A DNA stretch of 64,000 bases, from contig DASZTL010000078.1 of the NCBI GenBank assembly GCA_035548055.1, forward strand, positions 988-64,987, written 5' to 3'. Numbering within the stretch: position 1 is the first letter of the stretch; each line of letters opens with the position of its first letter. Shown one piece after another: positions 1 through 9,974 of this stretch. Below the pieces are notes generated by a model, which saw only the letters and a list, made by a program, of their open reading frames with translations, searched no databases and was not told the DNA's origin. This stretch comes from Mycobacteriales bacterium. Lineage in GTDB: Bacteria > Actinomycetota > Actinomycetes > JAFAQI01. The translations under genes and the position numbers were made by a program.

Positions 1-635
1 GCCTTGGTGAAGATCCCGCCGCCGACACGCATGAACATCGCGAGCAGCGCGGCCCCGAACCCGAAGCCCTCGAGCACCTGTGGCGCGTGAGTCTTGAAGA
101 TCAACGTGACGACGCTCGCGCCGAGCAGACCGAGCCCGACCGTGAGCATGCCGACCGTGCCGCCGGAACGGAACGCCACCCGCGTCGCGCGCTTGGCGCC
201 GGACTGCTGGGCAGCTGCCGCCGTACGGACGTTGGCGCGCGTGGCAAGCGTCATTCCGGCCCAGCCGACGAACGCGGAGAACGTCGCGCCTACCAGGAAG
301 AACACCGAGCGCCCGATCCGCGAACCGGTGGTTTCCGCCGGAAGGATGAAGAGGAGGGCGAAGATGATCACCGCAAACGGCGCCAGGGTCGTGAACTGGC
401 GGCGGAGGTAGGCCCCAGCACCTTCCTGAACGGCCTTGGAGATCTCCTGCATCCGCGGCGTGCCCTGGTCGAAGGCAAGCACCTCGCGCGCAAAGACGGC
501 GGACACGACCAGCGCGGCGAGTGCGACCGCGCCGACCACGGCGACGATGCCGAGGTCCTTGTGCGTAAGCGCTGCGCCGTCGGCAATGTCCTTGGCGTGC
601 ATGACAGCCCGGGTTGAAAGGGCGTACGACAACAT
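1..635 (-). CDS. hppA: Membrane H+-translocating pyrophosphatase, N-terminal part (gene continues past the left edge)
   Basis: Reverse-strand frame is open from ATG 635 (AAGGA 5 nt upstream; alternative ATG 602) to position 1. It reads MLSYALSTRAVMHAKDIADG..FDQGTPRMQEISKAVQEGAGAYLRRQF..VGGGIFTK, typical of the PPase N-terminus. Absent from the ORF track because it has no stop in the window. Confidence 0.85.
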   Translation of the reverse strand, partial: MLSYALSTRAVMHAKDIADGAALTHKDLGIVAVVGAVALAALVVSAVFAREVLAFDQGTPRMQEISKAVQEGAGAYLRRQFTTLAPFAVIIFALLFILPAETTGSRIGRSVFFLVGATFSAFVGWAGMTLATRANVRTAAAAQQSGAKRATRVAFRSGGTVGMLTVGLGLLGASVVTLIFKTHAPQVLEGFGFGAALLAMFMRVGGGIFTK

Positions 636-777
636 CAGCGTCCTTCGAATCGACGACTATTGGCGTGAGGCATCCGATCCAAGACACCAACGGCGCAGGA
701 CGTGGACGCGTAGGGCGTAGCGCGCAGAGTCTAGTAGTCCCAGCCCGGGCAGGGTGGCACGACCCGCCCCAGCCTCC

Positions 778-1254
778 CTAGGAAGCGGTGGGCTCCGCCA
801 GGTCGGGAAGCGCCGAAGCCATCGGCCAGCTCATCCGGACCGTCGTCCGCCCGCCGTCGCTGGTGACGAACAGGTCCTCGACGAGCCCGCTCACCACCGC
901 CAAGCCGAACCCGGCCGGCATCGAGTCGCTGTCGAGCGCGCCCTCGGCGAGCGCCCGGCTCGACGCCTCGACCAAGTCCATTGCCGCAGTCGGGTCATCC
1001 GCCAGGGTGCCGGTGTTGATCACCTCGATGGTGAAGTGATCGCGTTCGTCGGACAGCCGCATCGTGATCGGATCGTCAACACCCCGCGAGATGTGGACGC
1101 CGACCGCCCGTGAGCACGTCTCGCCGACGGCCAGACGGACCTCGTCGAGCTGCTCCTCCTCGATCCGCGCCCGCCGCGCCACCGAGAGTGCCACGAGCCG
1201 GGCGGTACGCACATGAGCGGTGAGCGGGGAGAACCGCACTTCGATGGTGGACAC
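778..1254 (-). CDS. Anti-sigma regulatory factor (RsbW/ApgA-like Ser/Thr kinase, HATPase fold)
   Basis: ORF 778..1380 trimmed to in-frame GTG 1254 (VSTIEVRFSPL..). Contains ..LAVGETCSRAV.. and ..GFGLAVVSGLVEDL.. motifs. Lies 17 nt downstream of the STAS gene, as in BldG/ApgA and RsbV/RsbW pairs. Confidence 0.8.
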   Translation of the reverse strand: MSTIEVRFSPLTAHVRTARLVALSVARRARIEEEQLDEVRLAVGETCSRAVGVHISRGVDDPITMRLSDERDHFTIEVINTGTLADDPTAAMDLVEASSRALAEGALDSDSMPAGFGLAVVSGLVEDLFVTSDGGRTTVRMSWPMASALPDLAEPTAS

Positions 1255-1271
1255 GTTGGAAGCGGGAGCAG

Positions 1272-1637
1272 CTAGGAGTCTGCGCCCGCCGCGAGCGCCT
1301 CGTCGATGTTGGAGTGAATCGGGAAGACCTTCGTCAGCCCCGTGATCCGGAAGATCTTGAGAATCCGGTCCTGGCTGCACACCAGGTGCAGCGACCCGTC
1401 GTGGGAGCGCACCCGCTTCAGCCCGCCGACCAGGACGCCAAGACCCGTGGAGTCCAGGAAGTCGACGGCCTCGAGGTCGACGATGAGCTGGTACTGACCG
1501 TTCGCGACCAGATCGATCAGGTGCTCACGCAGCTTCGGCGCCGTGTACACATCGATCTCGCCGCTCACCGCGACGACCGTGCGGTCGCCTTCCGACCGGA
1601 TCGATACGGAGAGATCGGGGTCCACGTCTTCCTCCAT
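1272..1637 (-). CDS. STAS-domain anti-sigma-factor antagonist (BldG/RsbV-like)
   Basis: ORF 1272..1937 trimmed to ATG 1637. Reads [57 protein letters not shown], with the phosphorylatable DSTG motif. Confidence 0.9.
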   Translation of the reverse strand: MEEDVDPDLSVSIRSEGDRTVVAVSGEIDVYTAPKLREHLIDLVANGQYQLIVDLEAVDFLDSTGLGVLVGGLKRVRSHDGSLHLVCSQDRILKIFRITGLTKVFPIHSNIDEALAAGADS

Positions 1638-1761
1638 CGGGCCATCACGGTGCAACTTCCAGTGCACCACCATCCAACCATCACCCCTGACTACCGAAAG
1701 GCGGCAGCGAAGACCGCCGCGCCTGGCGGCCCGGTCATACCCCGCTGGCAGACTCCTGAAC

Positions 1762-4065
1762 GTGGTTTCCCCGCTGGATCTTCTGCTCCGGCCGGGAAAG
1801 CTCGTCGGCCCCGCAGCGCACGCTGACCGGATCACCCATGTGGAGCATCGCGACGCACGTCCTGGTCTGGCGTCGCCGTGGCCGACCTGGATCGACGCCA
1901 ATCTGCGCTCCGCGCTCGAAGCGGGCGGCATCACCACGCCGTGGACCCATCAGACAACAGCCGCCGAGCTCGCCTGGTCGGGTCAGTCCGTCGTTGTCTC
2001 CAGCGGCACCGCGTCAGGCAAGTCGCTCTGCTACCTCCTGCCGGCCCTGACTGCGGCGGCGTCCGGCACCGGCACCACCTTCTATCTGGCGCCGACGAAG
2101 GCCCTGGCCGCTGACCAGCTGCGTTCGATCGGTGAGCTCGGGCTCGAGAACGTCCGCGCGGCGACGTACGACGGCGACACCCCGATGGAAGAGCGTGACT
2201 GGGCGCGACGGCATGCCGATGTCGTTCTCACCAACCCCGACATGCTTCATCACGGCTTGCTGCCCTCCCACGCGCGATGGGCGAGCACGATGCGCAAGCT
2301 GCGCTTCGTGGTGGTCGACGAGTGCCACCACTACCGCGGGGTCTTCGGCTCGCACGTCGCGCAGGTCCTGCGTCGGCTGCGCCGTGTCGCACGTCACTAC
2401 GGCGCCGAGCCGGTCTTCGTCCTCGCGTCGGCGACCGTCAGCGACCCTGGCAGCACGGCACTGCGGTTGATCGGCGCCCCTGCAATCGAGGTCATCGAGG
2501 ACGGCTCCCCTCGGGGGGCTCTCGACGTCGCGCTTTGGGAGCCACCGCTCACCGAGCTCAACGGCGAGAACGGCGCCCCGGTACGTCGCGCTGCGACTGC
2601 CGAGGCGGCAACGATCCTGGCCGACCTGGTCGCTGAGGGCGTGCGCACTGTCGCGTTCGTGCGGTCGCGGCGAGGGGCCGAGTCGGTGTCTCTCGGGGCC
2701 CGGCGTGCGCTCGACGAGGCTGCCCCGGAGCTGGCGGACCGGATCGCCGCGTACCGGGCGGGCTACCTCGCCGAGGACCGGCGCGCCCTCGAACGGGCGC
2801 TCCACGACGGTGACCTGCTCGGTCTGGCGAGCACCAACGCCCTCGAGCTCGGGGTCGACGTCAGCGGACTCGACGCGGTGCTCATCGCCGGGTGGCCGGG
2901 CACCCACGCCTCCTTGTGGCAGCAAGCCGGCCGCGCGGGTCGCGCCGGCCGGGACGCGCTGGCGGTGCTGATCGCGCGGGACGACCCACTCGACACCTAT
3001 CTCATCCATCACCCTGCGGCGGTGTTCGGCCGGCCGGTCGAGGCGGCGGTGCTCGATCCGGACAATCCACACGTCCTGCGCCCGCACCTCGCGGCGGCGG
3101 CCGCAGAGATCCCACTGACGGACGCTGACGCCGCCGGGTTCGGACCGGCTGCGACGGGGGTGTTGGAAGAGCTGGTCGCAGAAGGCCTGCTGCGGCGGCG
3201 CGCCAACGGGTGGTACTGGACCGCCCGCGAGCGGGCGACTGATCTCGCCGATCTTCGCGGCACGGGCGGTCCGCCGGTTCGGATCTGTGAGGTCGGCACC
3301 GGACGGCTGCTCGGCACCGTTGACGCCGCCGCGTCACATGCCGCGGTGCATCCCGGTGCCGTCTACCTGCACCAGGGCGCGACCTACCTCGTACGGCAGC
3401 TCGATCTCGAGGCGTCAGTGGCGCTGGTCGAGGCCGGCAACCCGGACTGGACGACGCACGCGCGCGACATCACCGACATCAGCGTCGTGCGGTCCCTGCG
3501 AAGGCAGCAGTTCGACGGCGTCGAGCTGCACTACGGCAGCGTCGACGTGACGAGCCGGATCGTGTCGTTCTTGCGTCGCCGAGTCGGGTCCGGCGAGGTT
3601 CTCGGCGAGGAGCCGCTCGACCTGCCCCCGCGAGAGCTGCGCACCCAGGCGATGTGGTGGGTGATCGACGACGAGCTGCTCGACGCCGCGGCGATCGAGC
3701 CTCGTGACCTGCCGGGGGCAGCGCATGCCGCCGAGCACGCGTCGATCGGGCTGCTTCCGCTGGTTGCTACCTGCGACCGTTGGGACATCGGCGGGGTGTC
3801 GACGCCGATGCATCCGGACACCTCCGCCCCGACAGTGTTCGTGTACGACGGCCACGCCGGCGGGGCGGGCTTCGCCGAGCGTGGCTACGAGCGCGCCCAG
3901 GAGTGGTTGACGGCCACCCGCGACGCGATCAGCAGCTGCGAGTGCGCCACCGGTTGCCCGTCGTGCGTTCAGTCGCCGAAGTGCGGCAACGGCAACGAGC
4001 CACTCGACAAGGCCGGTGCCGTGCGCCTGCTTTCCGAAGTGGCCGCCCGCTGTTGGGGCCGCTAG
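1762..4065 (+). CDS. DEAD/DEAH-box helicase with C-terminal DUF1998 Cys cluster (MrfA/Rv3649-like)
   Basis: Has Walker [14 protein letters not shown] box VVDECH, and C-terminal [20 protein letters not shown]. The start is uncertain: GTG 1762 (VVSPLDLLL..) is preferred, GTG 1840 is the alternative, and the ORF track starts at 1543. Confidence 0.9.
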   Translation: MVSPLDLLLRPGKLVGPAAHADRITHVEHRDARPGLASPWPTWIDANLRSALEAGGITTPWTHQTTAAELAWSGQSVVVSSGTASGKSLCYLLPALTAAASGTGTTFYLAPTKALAADQLRSIGELGLENVRAATYDGDTPMEERDWARRHADVVLTNPDMLHHGLLPSHARWASTMRKLRFVVVDECHHYRGVFGSHVAQVLRRLRRVARHYGAEPVFVLASATVSDPGSTALRLIGAPAIEVIEDGSPRGALDVALWEPPLTELNGENGAPVRRAATAEAATILADLVAEGVRTVAFVRSRRGAESVSLGARRALDEAAPELADRIAAYRAGYLAEDRRALERALHDGDLLGLASTNALELGVDVSGLDAVLIAGWPGTHASLWQQAGRAGRAGRDALAVLIARDDPLDTYLIHHPAAVFGRPVEAAVLDPDNPHVLRPHLAAAAAEIPLTDADAAGFGPAATGVLEELVAEGLLRRRANGWYWTARERATDLADLRGTGGPPVRICEVGTGRLLGTVDAAASHAAVHPGAVYLHQGATYLVRQLDLEASVALVEAGNPDWTTHARDITDISVVRSLRRQQFDGVELHYGSVDVTSRIVSFLRRRVGSGEVLGEEPLDLPPRELRTQAMWWVIDDELLDAAAIEPRDLPGAAHAAEHASIGLLPLVATCDRWDIGGVSTPMHPDTSAPTVFVYDGHAGGAGFAERGYERAQEWLTATRDAISSCECATGCPSCVQSPKCGNGNEPLDKAGAVRLLSEVAARCWGR

Positions 4066-5273
4066 AACGCTTCGGTTCTCGACACCCACGCCCGCAGATG
4101 GACCGCTATCAGGATCAGCACCGCGGCTGCCGCGATGCCGCGCCACAGCGGCGGCAGGCTCAAGCCGGACTTCACGCTGTCCAGCAGGTTCTCCTTGGCC
4201 GCCTGCTTCTGAGCCAGCAGCGGCTTCGGGTACTTGATCTTGGTGGGGGCGTCGCCCAGGTCCAACGGCCGGATCGAGGACCGTACCGAGGGAAGCGGTG
4301 GCGCGTGCACAGCGGGGATCGAGCCGACCGACACCGGCGGGAGGTTGTGGCTCACCTGGCCACTGGGATCGGCGTTGCCGAGGTTGACAGAGCCGGAATG
4401 GCTACCGCCGCCGTTGCTGTGCACCGTCCCCAGCTGCGTACCCCCACCGCTATGACCGCCCCCGTTGTCGCCGCCACCGGTGGACGTCGTCGGCGTGGGG
4501 CTCGGCGGCGGAGCCGGCGCCGCCGGGAAGGTACCCGAGGCACTAGCCGCCGAACCGCTCGCAATATGACCGCCCGAGCAGGAGGCGTTGCCGCAGGAGC
4601 GAATCGCCGCGATCGTGTAGCGCTCGGTGTGACCAGCGACCGAGCTGCCCAGGTCAACGGGCCCGGTCGAGCACGCGCCGGCGGAGCAGGCGGCGCTCGT
4701 CGCGCTGGCGACACTGCCTGAGCCGTTGCTGATCTCGTAGCCGGTGATGTCGGGCTCGGGGTTCGCCGTCCAGTTGAACGTCGCGCTGCTGGCGCTGTTC
4801 GGCGTCACCGAGAAGCCACTGGGCTTCGCCGGCGGGATCAGCAACGTGAACGTCGCCTGCTTCGTTCGGCCCTGATTGTCCAGCGTGACCGTGTAGACGC
4901 CGTTGCTGGCCATCGCCGATCCGCCGGCCCAGGCCGGGTGCCGGGTGTTGACCGAGCTCGACGACGGGCTCATCGCCAGCGCCTTGTTGCAGTCGCCCTT
5001 GTGCGACACCAGCGTCGACTGGGTGACGGCTGGGCCGGCGATCGAGAGGGTGACCTGTCCCGCGCGACTCAGGACGCCCTTGCAGTTGGGCTCAGCGGTG
5101 GCCTGGATCGACGGCGACTGGTTGAACGTGTAGGTGTACGAGCTGCCACCCGCGACAGTCAGCGTGTCGTCCGCGGACGCCGCGCTGGCGATCGTTGGCG
5201 CGAATCCACCTACCCCCAGGGCTGCAACACCTCCTGCGAGTAGCGCCTGGGTGAGTCTCCGGGTACGCATCAC
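4062..5273 (-). CDS. Secreted/surface protein: signal peptide, beta-rich region, FN3-like domain, Gly/Pro/Ser-rich linker, C-terminal hydrophobic segment with basic tail
   Basis: N-terminus MMRTRRLTQALLAGGVAALGVGGFAPTIASAASA. FN3-like PAKPSGFSVTPNSASSATFNWTANPEPDITGYEI. C-terminus ..[34 protein letters not shown]. The start overlaps the sortase stop (GTGATG at 5268-5273). Confidence 0.7.
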   Translation of the reverse strand: MMRTRRLTQALLAGGVAALGVGGFAPTIASAASADDTLTVAGGSSYTYTFNQSPSIQATAEPNCKGVLSRAGQVTLSIAGPAVTQSTLVSHKGDCNKALAMSPSSSSVNTRHPAWAGGSAMASNGVYTVTLDNQGRTKQATFTLLIPPAKPSGFSVTPNSASSATFNWTANPEPDITGYEISNGSGSVASATSAACSAGACSTGPVDLGSSVAGHTERYTIAAIRSCGNASCSGGHIASGSAASASGTFPAAPAPPPSPTPTTSTGGGDNGGGHSGGGTQLGTVHSNGGGSHSGSVNLGNADPSGQVSHNLPPVSVGSIPAVHAPPLPSVRSSIRPLDLGDAPTKIKYPKPLLAQKQAAKENLLDSVKSGLSLPPLWRGIAAAAVLILIAVHLRAWVSRTEAF

Positions 5274-6043
5274 ACACCCCCATTGACGCTCGTCGGACCG
5301 GGCCCGGCGGGCTTCTCCGGCTGCGCCAGCTTCACTGTGGAACTGATCATCTTCAGACGCAACACGATCCGCTGCGAGGCAGAGCCCGGCGGGTTGCAGC
5401 TCGTGAGCGTCAGCCAGTGGCCGGTCGCGAGCTTGCCGACCTGGCTGACCACGAAGGTGTCGTTCGGCAACACGACGAACGGGTTGCCGTGCCCGCCGAA
5501 GGGCGGTACGACCTGGTAGACGCAGGTGCCGATCGGCGTCACCAGCGTGACCTTGTCACCGGGACGCATCTCGTTGATGCGGTTGAACGGACGGCCGTAC
5601 GTCGTACGGTGACCCGCAATCGAGACGTTGCCCCGAGCGCACGGATACGGAGTCTCCGGGTAGTGGCCGGCGCCGGCCTGCAGGGCGGCGACCGAGGTGC
5701 CCTCGACAACGACCACGTTGACCTGGACCCGGTCGTTGTGGATCTCGAGCCGGGTCAGGCCCTGGCCGACGCGGACCGCGTGGTTGCCGTATTCCCGCTG
5801 CGCCTCGGCGCTGTTCGGGTCGAAGTGCACCTGCCGCTGCCGTTGCGCGCCGAGGAAGTCCGTGACTGCCGGGAACGCAAACACCGAGACCGCAGCGACA
5901 CAGAGGAGGCTGGTCAGCGCCGAGACCGCCCGGCGCCCGCCGGGACGGCGCAGCGCCAGGCCCATCAAGCCCCCAACCGGGCGGGCAGAGGTCGTCGCTG
6001 CGCCGGGCAGGAACGACTCTCCCTGTTGGTCGGGGTGGGCCAT
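5270..6043 (-). CDS. Sortase (class E/F-like)
   Basis: ORF 5270..6136 trimmed to ATG 6043 (GGAGGA upstream). Has an N-terminal TM segment, HYPETPYPCARGNVSIAGHRTTYGRPF, and catalytic TLTSC. Confidence 0.85.
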   Translation of the reverse strand: MAHPDQQGESFLPGAATTSARPVGGLMGLALRRPGGRRAVSALTSLLCVAAVSVFAFPAVTDFLGAQRQRQVHFDPNSAEAQREYGNHAVRVGQGLTRLEIHNDRVQVNVVVVEGTSVAALQAGAGHYPETPYPCARGNVSIAGHRTTYGRPFNRINEMRPGDKVTLVTPIGTCVYQVVPPFGGHGNPFVVLPNDTFVVSQVGKLATGHWLTLTSCNPPGSASQRIVLRLKMISSTVKLAQPEKPAGPGPTSVNGGV

Positions 6044-6223
6044 GACGGTCAGATCCTCCGGATCGGCTGGGGGTAGCGAGTACTCCGCTGCAGGTCCAAC
6101 GAGTCCTCGACGTTCAAGGTTACGTCGGCCGTACAAGCCTCACTACGCTCAAGTTTCGGCCTGAATCGGTCAAAACCAAAGCATTTCCGCAGGTATCGGA
6201 TGCCCGACCTCCGACAATCCAAA

Positions 6224-6598
6224 TCAGCCGGTCGGGTGACCCCCGACGGAGACCGGGCCGGCCCGCGCCCTGGCCGTGACGGGACCGAGCGGTCGTAGCG
6301 CACCCGGAAGCGGGATGACCACGGTGAGATCCGAGATCGAGTCGGCCACCGAACAAGTCCGTAGCTGCGCACCGTTCGCGGCCGCCAGATCGCGAGCTCG
6401 GTCGCAGGCCGCGGCCTCTCCGGCGAGTACGTCGGCCGCGGCGGCGAGTGCCGCGGCGTCGGCAGCCGCTTCCGCGCGATGCCGGACCTCGGTGCCGAAG
6501 ACGAGCGCGACTGCAACGACGAGTGCGACCAGCACGACGCCGATTCCGGCGAGCATCGTGATCGTCGCATTCCCTTCCGACGCTGCCCGCCCGCTCAA
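6224..6598 (-). CDS. TadE-like pseudopilin (Rv3654c-family, helicase/secretion neighbourhood)
   Basis: Reads ..SEGNATITMLAGIGVVLVALVVAVALVFGTEVRHRAEAAADAAALAAA... The proposed TTG start at 6598 overlaps the upstream stop (TTGA). ATG 6556 is an alternative. Confidence 0.6.
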   Translation of the reverse strand: MSGRAASEGNATITMLAGIGVVLVALVVAVALVFGTEVRHRAEAAADAAALAAAADVLAGEAAACDRARDLAAANGAQLRTCSVADSISDLTVVIPLPGALRPLGPVTARARAGPVSVGGHPTG

Positions 6599-6993
6599 GG
6601 TTCCCCCACCCCGCTCTCGCGCGCAGCGACAGAACGCTGAGTAATCGTGATCGACGGCAGCCGCCCGAGCCAGTGCGGACCGCCGACGTGAACGACGACT
6701 GTGGCAGTCACCGTGGTCGCCGTCGACGTCACCTGCAGCGAGGATCCACTCGGCGCGATTCGCATCGCCGCGGCACGCACCGTGCTCGGTGCCTCTCCAC
6801 GCGCAGCGAGCCGCGCAGCCGTCGCGGCCGCATCGACACATCGGACGCGGTCGGTCACCGCAACGACGCCCGCGACCGCTGTGACAACCACCAGCACAAA
6901 CGCCGGCAAGGTCATCGCGAACTCCGCGGTCACCATGCCGGCGTCGGCTGAGCCGGGCCCGGTTGACCGGGCCCGGCCGAGCCGCGAGCTCAC
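6595..6993 (-). CDS. TadE-like pseudopilin (Rv3655c-like)
   Basis: Contains ..SADAGMVTAEFAMTLPAFVLVVVTAVAGV.. (TadE N-terminal motif). The proposed GTG start at 6993 overlaps the stop of the pilin gene (GTGA). ATG 6936 is an alternative. Confidence 0.65.
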   Translation of the reverse strand: MSSRLGRARSTGPGSADAGMVTAEFAMTLPAFVLVVVTAVAGVVAVTDRVRCVDAAATAARLAARGEAPSTVRAAAMRIAPSGSSLQVTSTATTVTATVVVHVGGPHWLGRLPSITITQRSVAARESGVGEP

Positions 6994-7193
6994 AAGCCGG
7001 GGATCATGCCGATGACGTGTGAGATGACCCCCTCGATGAGATGCTTGACGAGGCCACCAGTCACTGCGTGGTAGAGCACCATCGCGAATGCGACGGCGGC
7101 GACGATCCCGACGCAGTACTCCGCGGTCGACATCCCGGCCTCCTTCGGCGCGATCGCAACCCGCGAACGCAACGCCTGCAGCAGTCGGCTCAT
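6990..7193 (-). CDS. Flp-like pilin (DUF4244 family, Rv3656c-like)
   Basis: 67 aa: MSRLLQALRSRVAIAPKEAGMSTAEYCVGIVAAVAFAMVLYHAV... It has a G/MSTAEY processing-site-like motif followed by a hydrophobic helix. GAAGGGAG lies upstream of ATG 7193. Confidence 0.7.
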   Translation of the reverse strand: MSRLLQALRSRVAIAPKEAGMSTAEYCVGIVAAVAFAMVLYHAVTGGLVKHLIEGVISHVIGMIPGL

Positions 7194-7344
7194 GTAGATC
7201 TCCCTTCGCTGCCGGGCCACCGGCCGGCGCGGGTCGCGGCGTTGACCGCGGCGGGCGCAGATTGCGCACACCGCCAAGGCTTGGCGACCAGTTGATCCGT
7301 TCTTGTGGACGTCGGAGCGATGCCAGCAGGGTGTGGAGCAGAAC

Positions 7345-7998
7345 TCACCAATGCAGCCCGCTGAACAGACCGATGACAATCGGTACGACGGCAAGCAACA
7401 CGAATGCCGGCAGGAAGAAGAGGCCCAACGGCACGACGACCCAGATCGATGCCTGCTGCACCCGTTGCTGAAGGCGGGCGTGCCGGCGGCTGCGGATGCG
7501 CGCCGCTACGCGACGGAGCTCATCGGCGACGCCCGCCCCGCTCTGGGTCGTGCGGCTCGTCGATCGGGCAACCGGCTCGAGCCATGGATCAGCGAACCAG
7601 ACCTGCCACACCTCGGCCGCTGGAGCGCCGCGGCGCAACGCAGCGGCTGCTGCAAGGCAGGCGTCAGCCGTGACGGGGTCACCCGCGGTACTGGCTGCGT
7701 GAAGTGCGTCGGCCATCGTCAGGCCCGCATCGAGACAGCCCGCGAGCAACTCGACCACAACTGGCACCACATCCGGAGCAGCTGTCGGAGGCGGCTTGGC
7801 GATCCGACCGGTAAGGACGATCCCGGCGGCAGCGGCCAGACCGACGACAATGCCGACCACGCCACCGAGCCCGAACCAGCCAGACAGAGCCGCGCCGACG
7901 GCCAAGACCCAACGACGTCCCATCCGCGCGTCTGGGGCGTCCAGGCGGGAAGTCGCACCAATCGCTCGTAGTCGCGCCTGCGCCCGGTTACTCATCAC
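7345..7998 (-). CDS. tadC: Type II secretion F-family membrane protein (TadC-like)
   Basis: 217-aa polytopic protein in the Tad operon context. Middle region reads ..ELLAGCLDAGLTMADALHAAS... Confidence 0.75.
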   Translation of the reverse strand: MMSNRAQARLRAIGATSRLDAPDARMGRRWVLAVGAALSGWFGLGGVVGIVVGLAAAAGIVLTGRIAKPPPTAAPDVVPVVVELLAGCLDAGLTMADALHAASTAGDPVTADACLAAAAALRRGAPAAEVWQVWFADPWLEPVARSTSRTTQSGAGVADELRRVAARIRSRRHARLQQRVQQASIWVVVPLGLFFLPAFVLLAVVPIVIGLFSGLHW

Positions 7999-8007
7999 TG
8001 CCTGGCT

Positions 8008-8820
8008 TCAGCACCGCAACGCCCACTGAGAGATTCGCCTGCTCACGACGATGCCCGCCGCATCGAGAACTGTCGCGCCGACAAGCAACGCCCAGCCCAA
8101 CGGCCGGTAGAACAAGAGATGAAACGGATGAGCGCCGATCGCCTGGCCCATGGCGAGGCCGACAAGAGGAAGGCCCGCGAGCAACACCATCGTTGCTCTC
8201 GGAGCAGCGAGGGCCGCAGCCATCTCGCGCTGTAGCTGATCTTCGCGGTCCATTGCTTCGCCAAGACGTTCGAGGACGAGCGCGACCCGGCCCCCCGCAG
8301 ACTCGGTGACCCGCCACGCTGCCGCCACCGATCGCAGCCGGGCGGCCCCGGGCAGCTGCGCTGCCGCGTCAAGCTCCACGGCGGCGCTCCCGCCGACCGC
8401 AACGGAATCTGCTGCGGCCAACAGCGCTCCGCCGAGAGGGCCGGCCGTCGCAGCCGCGGCGCGCAACGCCTCACTTGGAGTGCGTCCGGCACGCAGCTCA
8501 CCGGCGAGCGCAAAAGTCGCGTCGGCCACGGCGGCCTCTCGCGCGTCCCGTTCTCGGCTGTGGTGCTGTCGACGTCGAAGCTTCGTCCAGCCGAACGGCA
8601 CGACCCCGCCGAAGACTGCAGCCACGACAGGCAGATGGGCTGCCGCAAGGCCTGATCCGACTGTGACGGCGAATACGAAGTCGCGCGCACCGATCGCCCC
8701 GTCTGACCCCCGAGGTCGCGCACTGTCGGGGCGCCATCCCTCGAGCCGATGCACCGCGGCACGAGGTCGCGACATCACCACGAGCAGTGCGACCAGCGCA
8801 CCGATGAGCCACAGGGTCAT
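8008..8820 (-). CDS. tadB: Type II secretion F-family membrane protein (TadB-like)
   Basis: 270-aa polytopic protein with ..FALAGELRAGRTPSEALRAAA... ATGA overlap with the upstream ATPase gene. Confidence 0.8.
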   Translation of the reverse strand: MTLWLIGALVALLVVMSRPRAAVHRLEGWRPDSARPRGSDGAIGARDFVFAVTVGSGLAAAHLPVVAAVFGGVVPFGWTKLRRRQHHSRERDAREAAVADATFALAGELRAGRTPSEALRAAAATAGPLGGALLAAADSVAVGGSAAVELDAAAQLPGAARLRSVAAAWRVTESAGGRVALVLERLGEAMDREDQLQREMAAALAAPRATMVLLAGLPLVGLAMGQAIGAHPFHLLFYRPLGWALLVGATVLDAAGIVVSRRISQWALRC

Positions 8821-9974
8821 CGCGACATGCGTTCGTCCAGCAGGTCCGCCCCGGGACCGCGCTGAAGACCGGCGCCGGTGAAGATGTACGCCGGCGTGAC
8901 AGCCGCAATGCCGTCGATGCCAACCGTCAACACCGCGAGCCCGGCCATTCGCCGCTTGCCATCACGACCACGTCGAAGATGCAGCACCACATCGACGGCG
9001 GCCGCCAGCAAGCTGTGCGCGGCCGACCGCGAGACGCCCGCCTGACCGCACAGCGACTCGATGCGCGCCGGCAGGTGTTCCGCGCGGTTTGCGTGCACCG
9101 TGCTGCATCCACCTTCGTGACCGGTGTTCAAGGCGGCGAGCAGGTCGAGCACTTCACCGCCTCGCACCTCACCGACCACCAGCCGGTCGGGACGCATGCG
9201 CAGCGCTTGGCGGACGAGCACGTCGAGGGTGACCTGCCCGGCGCCTTCGGCGTTTGCCGGTCGGGACTCGAGGCGCACGACATGCGGATGGTCGGGCCGA
9301 AGCTCGGCCGCGTCCTCGACGAGCACGATTCGCTCTTCCCGCGCGACGAGAGAGAGCAGGCTCGACAGCACTGTCGTCTTGCCGCAACCGGTGCCCCCGG
9401 TGACGAGGAACGCGAGGCGCCGATCAACGAGCTGCTCGAGCAGCTCCGCGCCGACGGCGGACACCGAGCGGGCGGCGACGAGATCCTCCAGAGTGAACAC
9501 CCGGCGCGGCGGCACCCGCAGCGAGATGCAGGTGCCATCCGGTGCAAGTGGCGGCACGACAGCGTGCACTCTCGTGCCGTCTGCCAGCCGCGCGTCGGCG
9601 TATGGCGCAGCATCGTCGAGACGACGGCCCGCTGCCGCGACAAGGCGCACCGCGAGTCGACGTACGGCCGATTCGTCCTCGATGACGACTCCCGACTCAC
9701 GTGGACCGTTGCCGACATCGATCCAGACCGGACCGGGTCCGTTGACCAACACGTCGGTCACTCCCGGCTGGGCGAGCAGTGGCGCGAGGACGCCGGCGCC
9801 GCCGAGCTCGGCGGTGAGCCGACCGGACACGTCGAGCAAGGTCGCCAGCCCAGCGGTCGGTGCCTCGTCGCGCACCGCAGCGGCGACCGAAACCGGGTCG
9901 TGACGACCTGCGGTTGCCGCGAGGCGCCGCCGTACCCGGACATCGAGCCCCGGATCGGCGCCGTCAGGGGTCAC
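8817..9974 (-). CDS. tadA: Tad/CpaF-type secretion ATPase (helicase/secretion-neighbourhood ATPase, Rv3659c-like)
   Basis: Walker A GGTGCGKTT, plus ..VRLESRPANAEG.., ..RPDRLVVGEVRG.. and ..NTGHEGG.STVHAN... GTGA overlap with ssd. Confidence 0.9.
   Translation of the reverse strand: MTPDGADPGLDVRVRRRLAATAGRHDPVSVAAAVRDEAPTAGLATLLDVSGRLTAELGGAGVLAPLLAQPGVTDVLVNGPGPVWIDVGNGPRESGVVIEDESAVRRLAVRLVAAAGRRLDDAAPYADARLADGTRVHAVVPPLAPDGTCISLRVPPRRVFTLEDLVAARSVSAVGAELLEQLVDRRLAFLVTGGTGCGKTTVLSSLLSLVAREERIVLVEDAAELRPDHPHVVRLESRPANAEGAGQVTLDVLVRQALRMRPDRLVVGEVRGGEVLDLLAALNTGHEGGCSTVHANRAEHLPARIESLCGQAGVSRSAAHSLLAAAVDVVLHLRRGRDGKRRMAGLAVLTVGIDGIAAVTPAYIFTGAGLQRGPGADLLDERMSR

Noticed and set aside
4062-4200. 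Canonical LPXTG/LAXTG sorting motif in the sortase-adjacent protein
   Set aside because: I searched the C-terminal 60 residues and found only LPPLW before the hydrophobic segment. I therefore did not call the protein a canonical sortase substrate (see the finding for the alternative).
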